Positions 49,901 to 61,338 of a stretch of 64,000 nucleotides of DNA are shown piece by piece. Origin of the DNA: Balanoglossus misakiensis (lineage: Eukaryota; Animalia; Hemichordata); NCBI GenBank assembly GCA_040954595.2, contig CM082597.2, positions 10,075,778 through 10,139,777 of the forward strand. Reading direction: 5' to 3'. The position numbers and the translations under genes are program-made. Within the stretch, counting starts at the first letter, position 1. Each line of letters begins with the position of its first letter. A model generated the notes under the pieces. That model did no database searches. It worked only from the letters and a program-made list of their open reading frames with translations, and had not been told where the DNA came from.

Positions 49901-51562
49901 GGATTTCTCCTGGTTTGTTTGGTTTCTCCACCACGGTTATTGGTGATACCCACGGTGTCGGTTCGTCTCCAACTGGCTCAATGATATCCAGTTTCAGAAG
50001 TTTTTCCAATTCTTGTTCTGTTTTCTTGCGAACATGAAATGGGACTCTTCTATGTGGTTGCACTACCGGTTGTACTGTTTTGTCTTCATGTAGCTTACAC
50101 TGTGTACCTTTCAGCTTCCTGATGCCATGAAATCTGCCCTCATACTTGGCTGCAATGTGGTCAGCACTTGATACACCTGGTGAAATCTGATTGGTGATGT
50201 ATACCAAACCTAATTTTGACGCTGTGTCGTAATCCAGTAGTGTGTCAGCGGGTTTGTCGGTGACGAGAAACTTGGCTGCTGCCTTGCGATCTTTGTACTG
50301 TATGTTTGCTTGAAACGCACCGATTGTGTTCAGCGGTCTGCTGCTACAATATGCATACACTTTCCCACAGTTTTCTGTTTGCAACCTGGGTTTGTTCTTT
50401 AGGTTGTTATATGTGTTTACACTCATCGTGTTTATTGTAGAACCAGTGTCGATCAGTGAGGCAACTGCTGTTTGTTCTATCTGCACTGTTACTCGAGGCC
50501 TTCTGCCATTTGATTGTTGTACAGTGAAGCAGTATTCATCTCCCGAGCTGTCCTCCACTCTATGCACAGCGTTGACAGTTTCGTCCTTGTCTACCCGGTT
50601 TGCCTTGCCTCTTGATCGGCAGCATTTGGCAAAATGGTTAGGTTTGCCACACTTCCTGCATGACTTGCCTTTAGCTGGACATACCGAATCATGTGGATAG
50701 GTGCCACCACAATAATAACAAGTGGACGGTCCTTTCGCTGGCTGTTGATGAGCTCTCCTTTGTTTATTTGCTTTCGGGCGTTGATGGCGTTGTTTTTTGA
50801 CCGCATTCACAGATGCCAGATCTGCACCAATGTTTTGGGGTGTTTTTTCCTCCATCCCACTAGCCTGAACCTCAGATAGCTCAAATGAACGGGCTGTACT
50901 AAGTAGGTTCTCTAGTGTCGTCTCCTCCCGAAGAGCACGACGTCTGAGACGGGCTGAGGTGCACCCTCTTATTATTTGTGATTTGACCTCTTGGTCCTTA
51001 TTGGTGAAGTCACATGTGTCTGCTAGGCGTTGCAAACGAGTGTGGTATGCATCGATCGACTCGCCGTTGTTTTGCATGGTGTCTCTAAAGATGAATCGTT
51101 CGTATTCAATGTTTCGTTTGGTTGAGAAGTACGACGTAAGCTTTGTTTTTGCTGCTCCAAAGCTCGTTCCCGTATCCGGTAGGGTATCAAAAATGTCGGA
51201 AACTTCCTCACCTGCCCAGTGCAATAGCAGTGCACGTTGTCGCTTGTCATCTGTAATGTTGAATGCGACAAATGCGTTTTCTACTCTAGCAATGTACTTT
51301 TTCCATTTCGTACTGGTTGTTGTTGGGTCTGAATGGACAGGAAAACTCGGCATTGACAGCTGATTCTCCATGTTCTCCGTCCTCGTCGCCAAATATAGAA
51401 TCGTGGGTGGGTAGAAATGACAACACGAGATACACCAAATCCGGCATGTAGGAGTGAGTGAGTGCCTAGCCTCGTTCACGCACTTTATTTATAATGACCC
51501 GGATGTTGCATTACGTCATTTACAGAATGCATATAGATGCTCAATAGTGTTTGGACACTACA
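46953..51562 (-). mobile_element. Gypsy (Mag-like) LTR retrotransposon 1
   Basis: 169-bp LTRs 46953-47121 and 51394-51562 (3 mismatches seen); TSD GATTC; PBS TGGCGACGAGGA complementary to the tRNA-Ser(GCT) 3' end; PPT AGATGGGAAGGGA at 47122-47134. Confidence 0.95.
47349..51371 (-). pseudogene. gag-pol of Gypsy 1 (two frameshifts, ~49196 and ~48230)
   Basis: Two CCHC knuckles, LIDTGS protease, RT (CVDMR, DLNAGYHQ, ISDD), RNase H (DASPVGLG), integrase HHCC and SDNGPPF..NGEVE across three ORFs. Confidence 0.92.
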
Positions 51563-52804
51563 GATTCAACTGCTAATTTCTTGGATAAGACTCCAAAAAG
51601 ACAGAGTGGAGAGTATACTCCTTATTACATGCTTTAGGACCCCTAGCCAGACAACCGTTGATCTTGCAATTGGAATGAATTCCCTAGCTTTTAGAAATAC
51701 CCTATGGATTTTATATAATGGGGAACAAGTTTTCTCAAATTTACTCCTAAAATAATAAAGGACTTGAAATAATTTAAATTAGCTTTTCCTCCACCCCTCC
51801 AGCTGAGCAGGTTATTTGGAATAAGGCCAGGATTCTTGTCAATAACAAGTCTGTTTTTCATCCTTATTTGTAGAAAAAAGGGGGATTATTCATCTTTCTG
51901 ATATTTTGGTAAAAACTCTAAATTTAGAAATGAAGCAGATTTAAAAGATCTTAAATGTAATCAAAATCAGAAAAGTAAAACAAAGATGCATAAACAGTAA
52001 TCAGCAGTGAATTTAATTATCAGAACAATAGTGCTCAGATCTTGACTGTTGTGAACACGTGATTTGTACAATTTGTACAAAATGCAGGTTAAAGTATATG
52101 GTCATTGTGACACAGACCAAAGAGTCTGAGTGTTTTATTAAAAACATCAAATTATACATTTTTATGTGGTATGTCATTCTGTATGTATGTGTACGTGTAA
52201 CGTTTATGCATGGACATATGTCCATGGTTTATGTTGTCCCCAAAATATGCAAAATGTCCCCAAAAATAAATAGTGGGGGGACACAGTGTCCCCTGTTATA
52301 AAATTCCTGGCTGCAACACTGTGATAGGGTATGGATAATATGTTGGTCTTAAAAATCGCATCAATGCAGTTGTTAAATTGAACAGTTTTATTTGCATTGA
52401 CATCACTTATCTCAAATTGAAAAATTACAGTGTTTTGTTAAGGGGGGAAATTATAAGAAAGCACACACCAGCCAACGGTATCGTTTCAGTCAGTATATTC
52501 TGGAAAAACGGGAACTCGTAACGTCAACATGTACACAAGGGAACTCGCCCTGAAACACCACACACAAAAGCAATAATTCCGCCCGACTCAAGAGGGCGCC
52601 TGAACACGCGAGGTCAGGGGTCAAGTCCTTTCAACAAGTCCAATGTTTATAATCGTACCCTTATCACTCCTCCGTCCTAAACTACGGCAATTCAAAACAT
52701 TGAAACAGCATGCAATTGAATGTTTGTGCTAATCACTAAAAGTTTATCAGTTGTAACAAGTGTCATTTGAGAAAGTATCATGCACAACATGGTCCAACAA
52801 CAAT

Positions 52805-55800
52805 TCAGTCACTGTCTTCGCTCATACAATAATCCTGGTGCCACTGGGGTGTACGACGCATCCGTTGTGGTCTTTGCACTTCTGCATCTCCCAACTGCTC
52901 CAGTGGATGTCCATCATCAGAGTGTATATTTGCACCGTCCAGATGATCGACTTCACTATCAGACTCCGAGTACGGCAAACATACGGGTGTTTCTGGCTCC
53001 TCCTCTGAATTCTCAGTTTCATCACTTGCCTCGGAACTGCTATAACACTGGGAGAGGTGAGGCGGCCTTTCCTGGTGTCTTTTCAAACGCCTATGGTTCA
53101 CTATTTTGAATTTTCCGTGAACCCCGATTGGTCGTAATTGGTAGGTTGTTTGTCCAGTACGACTGTTGACAATATAGGGTCCTTGCCAACGTTCTCCAAC
53201 TAGTTTCTTAGAGAGTCCCTTTCTTCTCTTCGGATTGAATATCCACACTTTCTCCCCCACCGAAAATGGCCTGAAATGTACTTGTGGTTCCTGGCGCTTG
53301 TGTCGAGTCTCATGTTCAGCCAGTATTCTTCTCCTCCCCGTTTCATGAATCCTCTTGAGATTGTCCAACCGTTTCGAGTAATCTTCCACACCTCTCCTCC
53401 CTCTATGCGCAGATGTCGCTGGGGATAAGAAATCTGCCTTGTTGCGAGCTTCATATCCAAACAGCATGTAGTATGGCGTTTCCTGTGTAACACTACTCTC
53501 AACTGTTCTGATAGCAGACAGCGCAGTTGGGAGTTTGTCATCCCAGTCTGTCTGATCAGCAGCTTCGATCATCATAGACAGACGTTCTGCAGTCGTCTTG
53601 TTCATCCGTTCAACTTGGCCATTGCCGCGTGGATTGTACGGTGAACTGCGCGTGCGTTGAATACCCAGCCGTTGACACAACTCCTTCAAGACACAAGCTT
53701 CAAAGTTTTTCCCTTGGTCCGAATGTAACCCTTCAGGTATTCCATATCGACAAACAATCTCATCATATATTACGGCCGCTGTTGTTTTGGCTGTCTCATC
53801 AGGCACTGCGAATGCTTCTACCCATTTACTGATTGGGTCTGTTAGCGAAAAGATGTATCTGTTTCCACGTGGTGTCTTAGGTAAAGGTCCTGCAAAATCC
53901 ATGTGCCACCACTGAAGGGGTCGATCAGGAATTGGTAAATCACCTTCAGGTGGGCGGTCAGGTATAGTTGGAGTTTTGCGCTGTAAGCATGACTGACATG
54001 AGCGACACCACAAATTGACATCTCTTTTCCAGTGAAACCAGAAATACCTTGCGCTGTAAGCATGACTGACATGAGCGACACCACAAATTGACATCTCTTT
54101 TCCAGTGAAACCAGAAATACCTTGAACCGACGGCTGATTTTGTTTTAGCTGGTCCAAAGTGTCCAAGTTCGTCATGAAGTGCTGTGAGTACACGCTCTGC
54201 TTCTGTCTGTGGAATAACAACTTGTTCTACTGGCATGTCCCCCTTCTTTGTCTTGAGAACCAACAAATCGTCACGGAAGTCCAACATTTTCCCATCTTTG
54301 ACAAGGAAACTGTTGACATGGTTTGGAATGTTTCTGGGTTTTGTGCCATCCTTTACCCAACGACGCATTATGCCAACATGTTGATCATTTTGCTGTAGTC
54401 TGACTAGTTCGTCTATCGTCCAAATGCCAGCCAAAGTAACTGCATGAACATGTGGTGCTCTTGACAATGCATCAGCCACAGTCATCAACTTCCCTGGCCT
54501 GTGTGAAATTGTGAAGTCGTAGTTGTCTAGTGTTACCCGCCAACGTGCTAGCTTTCCTTTAGGTTGCTTCAGTTGCCGTAGGTACGTCAGGGGTTTGTGA
54601 TCCGTTATCACAGTAAAAGGTCTCCCTTCCAAGTACATGCCAAATTTCTCCAGGGCCCATACAACTCCAAGGCATTCTTTCTCTGTTGCTGAGTAGTTCT
54701 TTTCTGCCTTGTTCAACGCTCTAGACGCATATTCTATGACATGGCCACCTTGGCAAAGGAGTGCACCCAAACCGATATCACTGGCGTCAGTCTCAACGAC
54801 AAAGTCTTCTGTGAAACATGGATATACCAACACAGGGTATGACATCAGCTTTTCTCTCAGTTGATCAAATGCATTCTGACAAGCATTGGTCCAGTTATAA
54901 CCTACATTTTTCTGGGTGAGTTCATGTAGGGGATGAGCTATGTCTGCAAATTTGTTGATGAAACGTCGATAATACGACGCCATACCTAAGAAGCGACGCA
55001 ACTCGGCAACAGACTGTGGTCTTGGGTAATTTGAAATCGCAGATACTTTGTCTGGGTCCGGTTGTATGCCCTCTTCGCCAACAATATAGCCTAGGTACTT
55101 CACCTGCTTCCGAGCAAAAACACACTTCTCCACATTCAATTTCAAGCAAGCTGCACGAAGCTTTCCAAACACTATTCGCAGGTGCTCCAGGTGCTCATCA
55201 AAACTGCTCGAAAATACAATGACATCATCAAGGTAGATTAACACTATCTCCCAGTTCAGTTCGCTAAAAACTGATGTCATAAGTCTCTGAAAAGTTGCAG
55301 GGGCTCCCTTGAGCCCAAAGGGCATGGTGTTGAACTCAAACAAGCCTCTGTGACAGGCAAATGCTGTTTTGTGGCGGTCCGATTCCTTCACAGGTAACTG
55401 CCAATACCCCTTCGCTAAATCAAGTGTGGTGAATATCTTTGCCCCGCCAAGTGCTGCTAGACTGTCATCAATTCGTGGAATCGGAAATGAATCGCCAACA
55501 GTTACTTCATTTAACTGTCGAAAATCAACACAGAAGCGTGTTGAGCCATTCTGCTTCTTCACAAGTACCAAAGGGCTCGACCATGGGCTATGGCTCGGTC
55601 TGATCACATTTGCCTTCAGACCATCCTGTATGAAGTTCTCCACCTCATGTAGTTTGTTGAAGGGCACACGTCGTGGCGGTTGAGCAGTAGGAGCTGCCTG
55701 GCCTGTAGGAATTTCATGTTCTATCTTATCGGTCAACCCCAGTTCTCCTTCGACTGAAAACACATCACTATTTGATTGAATCAGTTTATACAGTCGGTGT

Positions 55801-56711
55801 TTTTCACTCCCTGTAATGTCAGCTTCGCTAGCAAAAGAACGTGCCATTTTATCCACTTTTGCTGCTCTCTGTGCTTTTGTAGTCTTTGAAGTCACAGCCT
55901 GAACTGCTGGTGTATCGCAAATGTTTGTGGAAAATGTACCAATAGTGGATCCTGCAGCAATTTCACAAGTAGTATTGGATGGGTTGGTCATGTGCATTAG
56001 GACTTTGCTTCCGGTACGTATTACATCTAACACTCGTCCACAACCAATGCCCATACGTTCACTTCCTTCGGATCCTGCTGATTCAACAATACCAACTGTC
56101 CCTGGACTCAAGTTATACTCCACTGTGCCTTCAATCACACACATACGCCGCGGCAAAACAGTGATTGGCTCTTTGGCTTGGATGCGACAGATTGTTGGCT
56201 GTTGTGGACGCATGTCCGTTTTACATTCATTATGCCTTGATCTGCCCAGTCTCTGTGATTTCTCGCCATGTGACAGCGAACTGGAATCGTAGTAAACATC
56301 AGTCCCAATTGACAAATGGATTGGCAATGAAGGGAAAATATCCATGCCAATGATGGCTGGGTATGTTGAATGTTTGACTACGGTAAATCGGTGCTGGCTG
56401 ACTTTATGTTTACCGACGTGGCAGTCTGTCACAATATCACATACAGTTCCAAGACTGCTCCCATTCGCTCCTTGGGGGTTATAAAGTGGGGGTAAAAGAG
56501 TTCCTTGGGCTCCTTCAATCAATGTATCAACAACAACACTTATCTGGGCACCAGTGTCTATCAACCACGTACATTTCTTTCCTCCAATAAATCCTTCAAT
56601 CTCAATACCATTCGGTAGTGGTCCCGCCAGTGATGCAACAGACACAACAGGTTCGGTCAGCTGGTTTCTTGCTGAAGGAGACTGACCACCACCTCCAGCC
56701 CTTAGAAGTTT
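52805..56711 (-). pseudogene. Pol of Gypsy 2 (PR, RT, RH, IN), frameshifted by a 73-bp tandem duplication
   Basis: LIDTGA, YLDD, TDASDIGLG, ADALSR, HSDQGKNF..NGQVE, GPY; 73-bp unit repeated at 53978 and 54051. Confidence 0.92.
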
Positions 56712-56714
56712 CCC
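56655..56714 (-). promoter_or_regulatory. Putative -1 ribosomal frameshift signal (G-GGA-AAC plus H-type pseudoknot)
   Basis: Slippery heptamer at 56708-56714 just before the gag stop; stem1 GCTGGAGG/CCTTCAGC, stem2 GGTCAG/CTGACC; pol is in the -1 frame. Confidence 0.75.
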
Positions 56715-57571
56715 GGATGTGTTTGCACTGGTGCCGGTGCTGTACATTCAGCAGCACGATGGCCAACCCGCTGACATCTGTGACACAGGCCCCGAAACCT
56801 GTTCAATGCTCCTACCGGACCTCGCTGACCAGCACGGCAATTCCGGGCAATATGGCCAGTTTTACCACATGTGTAACAGGTTCGTGGTGTCCTCTGATTA
56901 TAACCATTTCTGTTCTGTTGTTGTTGTTGTGTTTGTATTGCAGCAACTGTACCTGCCAGCTTTGCCTGTCCGGTTGCAAGTTCGTCTAACTTTTTGAGCA
57001 GTTCATCAGTAACAACAGCATCCTCAGTGTTATTTGCAGCGCCACTTTCAACTATTCTGATTGAAGAGGAATCTCTCTCCAACTGTACAGCTCGTTTCAC
57101 TAAGTCATCTAAAGTCTCCTTTTCAGTTGTTATCCAGGACAGTTTCCTGCTTATGTCACCACGTAATGCTGTACGGAAATGAGCAACTGCCAGTGTTAGG
57201 CGCGTTGTTTCATCTTTGACCTCGGGATAGGCACGAGAAACAAGGTCTATGATGGCAAATTTCAACTCTTGTGCTGACTCACCAGCTTTTTGCTTGCGTT
57301 CTGCCAGTTCTTGCTGATACTGTGTCGTTGTTTTCATCGACTTGAACCGATCTTTTAGGGCTTTTGACGCATTTTCAAATGTATTTGTCTGGCTGGCTTG
57401 CAGTTGCGTGAAAAAGTTCTTAGGCTCACCCTTCAAAGACAAATGGAGGCTGGCTACTTTCTTCCGTTCATCTGTAACATCTTTGGCAACAAAGTATGCC
57501 TCCACCTGACAAATATGGCTCTCAATCTCCGTACCATCACTCCCATCCCAAGTCATCAACGTGGCCGCCAT
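56702..57571 (-). CDS. Gag of Gypsy 2, 289 aa
   Basis: Retrotransposon gag fold (QKAGES motif) with two CCHC knuckles CYTCGKTGHIARNC and CHRCQRVGHRAAEC. Confidence 0.9.
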   Translation of the reverse strand: MAATLMTWDGSDGTEIESHICQVEAYFVAKDVTDERKKVASLHLSLKGEPKNFFTQLQASQTNTFENASKALKDRFKSMKTTTQYQQELAERKQKAGESAQELKFAIIDLVSRAYPEVKDETTRLTLAVAHFRTALRGDISRKLSWITTEKETLDDLVKRAVQLERDSSSIRIVESGAANNTEDAVVTDELLKKLDELATGQAKLAGTVAAIQTQQQQQNRNGYNQRTPRTCYTCGKTGHIARNCRAGQRGPVGALNRFRGLCHRCQRVGHRAAECTAPAPVQTHPGNF

Positions 57572-59018
57572 TTTGTGTTGAATGCTACACTTCTTCTGAA
57601 CCGCGGGTAATGTCGATCAGTCTGGTACAGTCCCAACAAAGAAGTAACGGCCCTTCCAGTCACAGCACTATCCCACCGCTGCCACCAATGTTAAGGGGGG
57701 AAATTATAAGAAAGCACACACCAGCCAACGGTATCGTTTCAGTCAGTATATTCTGGAAAAACGGGAACTCGTAACGTCAACATGTACACAAGGGAACTCG
57801 CCCTGAAACACCACACACAAAAGCAATAATTCCGCCCGACTCAAGAGGGCGCCTGAACACGCGAGGTCAGGGGTCAAGTCCTTTCAACAAGTCCAATGTT
57901 TATAATCGTACCCTTATCAGTTTCATCTGGGCGGAGCCTATGGGTGGGGGTATTTACATCCATATTGATATATATGTTCGCACCCACTAGCAAAATGGGG
58001 ACCAGTGCCCCTTAAAATGATGTCACTCACCCGTTGAAGATATTTCATCTCCCTCCCCCCTTGCCAGAGTGGAATCCCCTCCAAATATTCTGGCAATGGG
58101 AGACTGTGTTTGTGATGTTGAAATTAAGTGAGGTCGTCTCACTACTATGCTGGGAGTCATTGAAACCGATTTGAAATAAGAGCCTGCATGACTTCACCTC
58201 TCCCTCTGTCCATATTGCAGACTTGGTGTCAAACCAGAACCACCGCCAACAACAAGTGTCAAAGAAAATAAACCAGTCACTGTAGCTGCAATCACTGGAC
58301 CCAAGGCCCTGGTAAGCATGTTGAATTTGTATTGAATAAATGGACTGATAGACTTTTACAGACAGGAACACAGTCAGTGACATACAGGGGAAGAGAGGGG
58401 TGGACAATGGCAGACAGGGGAGGGGGTGTATTGACACAGACTATAGGAGACAGGGAGACCGTGACAAGACTGCAAATCAAGAAATCAGGGTTACAGATTC
58501 GAGGTCAACTTGATCTACATGTAGCTTATCAGTGTATTTTCTCTGAGTCAGCCCTATTGTGCCTTTGCATGTAGTGTGGATAATTTTCTTGGGTCACCAG
58601 TGAGTTTATTGATCAGATCAGTGGCACGTTATATACAGGCTTAGAGGACACACTGGCCTTTATCCAAATACGCATATGGTCAACCAGGACGTTATTCTGT
58701 AATGCACGCGCATGGGTAAAGCTGTTAAATTTGTTCTGTATGCAAAATGCATACAGTGGTCCCTTCTTTTCACCAAATTTGCTGTATTTTCCCGATCTCA
58801 ACACAGACTATGGTCCCGCCCTCTTGTCTGTTGTATTGTAAGGACAGCACACAGCCTTATGGCATTGACCGTGTACAAATATTGTAACCAGAGATCTCTG
58901 GTTTGACACATCTGATATGCGCATAAGACGAACACCATCGCCCTTTAAATGTTTTGATATTTCATGCAAAGGTTTCATTTTGGTACCAACACTGCTGTGT
59001 GTTGTTTAAACACCACAG

Positions 59019-59117
59019 GCCCTGTATGACTTTGTTGCAACGACTAGCGGAGAATTGAGTTTCAAGAAAGGTGATGTCATTCCAATAACCGGAAGAATTG
59101 ATGCAAGTTGGATTGAA
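59019..59117 (+). CDS. Isolated phase 0-0 exon encoding the N-terminal two-thirds of an SH3 domain
   Basis: caccacag|[33 protein letters not shown]|gtaaga; [13 protein letters not shown] and W motifs. Confidence 0.75.
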
Positions 59118-59643
59118 GTAAGAATATCATTTTATTATGTTATTTCCTGGAGAATGGAGTATAAAATGAAATAGAGACTTTGAAGATTAAATTTTAATAA
59201 GGTTCCAGAATTTGCACTGATGCAAATGCAAAATCAGTGTCGTGTCCACAGGACGTTCTATACGTGGGCGCATTTCAATGTCACGAAGTTTTGGAGCAAG
59301 ACTGAAGTAGATTAATTCTTGCGGGGATATGCATTTCTGTTGCGGAGAAAAGACTTGAATAATGCCCCAACTTTCGGCAAAATTGTTTTTGTTTTTTTTC
59401 GCTGTGTCCATTCTGCCATAAAATTAATTGTCATGATCGAAATAAAAGAATGCATAAAGCCAGTTTTGTAGCTGCATTGAAATCTAAATGAAATATTATC
59501 GTTGTTTGATCGGGGCATCCATTGGACATAAACAGTTTCCTAACGTACTTCGATCTTCCAATAGGAGTTTGTCCCTGATAGTATAAACCTGCTATATCAT
59601 CTTATGGAGAGGTAATTCTTGCTTGTACAGGTGAACGCGTACA

Positions 59644-60069
59644 ATGAGGTTGCTGTTTGTCGTATCTGCTCTTCTGGTCATCTTGAATCGTTGCCTCGAA
59701 GCCGGGCACCCATTTCGTTCTCAGCCATGGGTTTGTTCGTCTGCCCAAATCACGGCTAACAATGACGCCATATACGACATTGTCCAAACGCACGGCGTGG
59801 AGTGTTTTGACGAGATCATGACGTTACCCGACATATTGGAAAAGGAGGATCCGATTCACACAACGAGGTTCTTGAAAGTTGTCGGCAGCTACATCGGACC
59901 ATCCAAGACATTCAGAGCTGTGGACATTGTGATTGACAAGTTGGACACACTGACAAGCCTGGTAAAGCCAAATAAGAATTTATGGATAATATTTTCCCTA
60001 GGCATTCCGAACGAGTGTGGTGGAGTAATCGAAGACGAGTGCATGGTTCTAGTAACTAGACAAGTATAG
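59644..60069 (+). CDS. Signal-peptide ORF of an unknown secreted protein (possibly degenerate 3' of ~59960)
   Basis: acaATG then MRLLFVVSALLVILNRCLEA; Cys-containing helical-looking body; possible donor CTG|gtaaag at ~59961. Confidence 0.45.
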   Translation: MRLLFVVSALLVILNRCLEAGHPFRSQPWVCSSAQITANNDAIYDIVQTHGVECFDEIMTLPDILEKEDPIHTTRFLKVVGSYIGPSKTFRAVDIVIDKLDTLTSLVKPNKNLWIIFSLGIPNECGGVIEDECMVLVTRQV

Positions 60070-60469
60070 AATTTTGGCGACTGTGTCAGAACATCCATTT
60101 AGTGTTGGATATGGGTTGTGAGAACGCCAGAAATTCCATCCAAAATCACCAATTCACGCTCACACCCGTCTCTTCATCACCTTCATCATCCGACCAGCAG
60201 ACCAACTAATGTATCCCACCACTAAACATGACAACTTTTGCCTGATAGGCGAGGTGGTGAATATCGCATCGATGACAATTCACAGACGAGCAGCCTATAG
60301 CACTGGAAGATTCAATTTCCCGGTGGTGACTTGCGGGTCCATGATGCACTGTACATATCGTGTGATATCACCTGTTTAACTTTTCCTCTCTGTTCACACT
60401 GTATTCGTACGAGACCCTTACTTATTGCTATAAGATTAGTCCATGATTGTTTCTGTTTGCATTTCACAG

Positions 60470-60571
60470 GGGTCCAAGATATCCGATGACGAACTGGTTA
60501 GAGGCTGCATGAATTGCACACTTCACATGTACGTTGACAACAGACTCGTCGAAACGTGCTACGACCTTGAT
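60470..60571 (+). CDS. Putative phase 0-0 exon (34 aa, Cys-containing)
   Basis: ttgcatttcacag|GSKISDDELVRGCMNCTLHMYVDNRLVETCYDLD|gtaagt. Confidence 0.55.
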
Positions 60572-60593
60572 GTAAGTTTGAAGAGAATATTAA

Positions 60594-60867
60594 AGGGACA
60601 AAGTTGCTCTCTCGCCCATTTTCCCGTTTTTTTTGTATTTTAATAATACAAGAAACCGACGATTTATGTTATTCTACATGTGGATATATAGTGAATCAAC
60701 GTTCACCACACACAGATTCAATCCCACTTGTAGACACAAGAGTGAAAAACTCACCAAAATGAATACTCGGTCTCTACTACTAGTATATATCCACATGTAG
60801 AATAAACGTTACCTTGTATTAATTATAATTAATGGGAAAAAGGGAGCGAGAGAGAGACTTTGTCACT
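60594..60867. mobile_element. Kolobok-like palindromic MITE (TTAA TSD) in the putative intron
   Basis: TTAA|AGGGACAAAGT ... ACTTTGTCACT|TTAA; internal IR ttattctacatgtggatatata; related end at ~25190-25242. Confidence 0.75.
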
Positions 60868-61164
60868 TTAAATATTCTATTAGTATCTGTCCATATATTC
60901 AATATATTAATCAGGTTAACATTATTCCAATTCTCTCCGGTATTGATTTCATCTCAAAGTCAAAAATGGGATTTGATCTGCAAAAAGAATGGGCGAACAA
61001 GCCATACTAGTTTTGCATACAATCTCCAGTTCTACCAGCTTGACCCCGAACCATTATCCGCCAGTTTTCGGAATGTGGTTTGTTTTGCTATTAAATTAAA
61101 ATATTAATCCTCGTATACAGGAAAAGAAAACAGCGACTGACAATTTGTTGTCTTTCTTCAATAG

Positions 61165-61338
61165 GTGTGCCCAGAGAAAGTCTCCGAGTTTATACACTGG
61201 CATCCAGAGGGAAACGTCACATTTTTGGCAAATGCTGAATATTGTTCCTACACACGTATCGACGATACCGACAACTATTACTGCAAGTACTATCATCCAG
61301 AACAGAATCTGGAGTATTTACAGCATCTCGAAGTTTAA
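61165..61338 (+). CDS. Putative terminal exon (57 aa), in frame with 60470-60571
   Basis: tctttcttcaatag|VCPEKVSEFIHWHPEGNVTFLANAEYCSYTRIDDTDNYYCKYYHPEQNLEYLQHLEV*; below the ORF-track length cutoff. Confidence 0.5.
   Translation: MCPEKVSEFIHWHPEGNVTFLANAEYCSYTRIDDTDNYYCKYYHPEQNLEYLQHLEV

Larger units (their letters stand above)
46489..52322. mobile_element. hAT-like non-autonomous element (~1.2 kb) hosting Gypsy element 1
   Basis: ACAGTGTTGCAGCCAG ... CTGGCTGCAACACTGT TIR; flanks GATAGGCT (46481-46488) / GATAGGGT (52323-52330), 8-bp TSD with 1 mismatch. Confidence 0.65.
52436..57919 (-). mobile_element. Gypsy LTR retrotransposon 2 (young)
   Basis: 231-bp TG..CA LTRs 52436-52666 and 57689-57919, identical by eye; TSD GTTT; 18-nt PBS (57670-57687) complementary to tRNA-Leu 3' end ATCCCACCGCTGCCACCA; PPT AGGACGGAGGAG. 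Confidence 0.96.

Noticed and set aside
57670-57687. tRNA gene fragments (also 51377-51391)
   Set aside because: These are primer-binding sites of the LTR elements, not tRNA genes
47683-57774. Numerous plus-strand ORFs of 60-135 aa over the Gypsy elements
   Set aside because: Antisense shadows of gag-pol with no independent motifs
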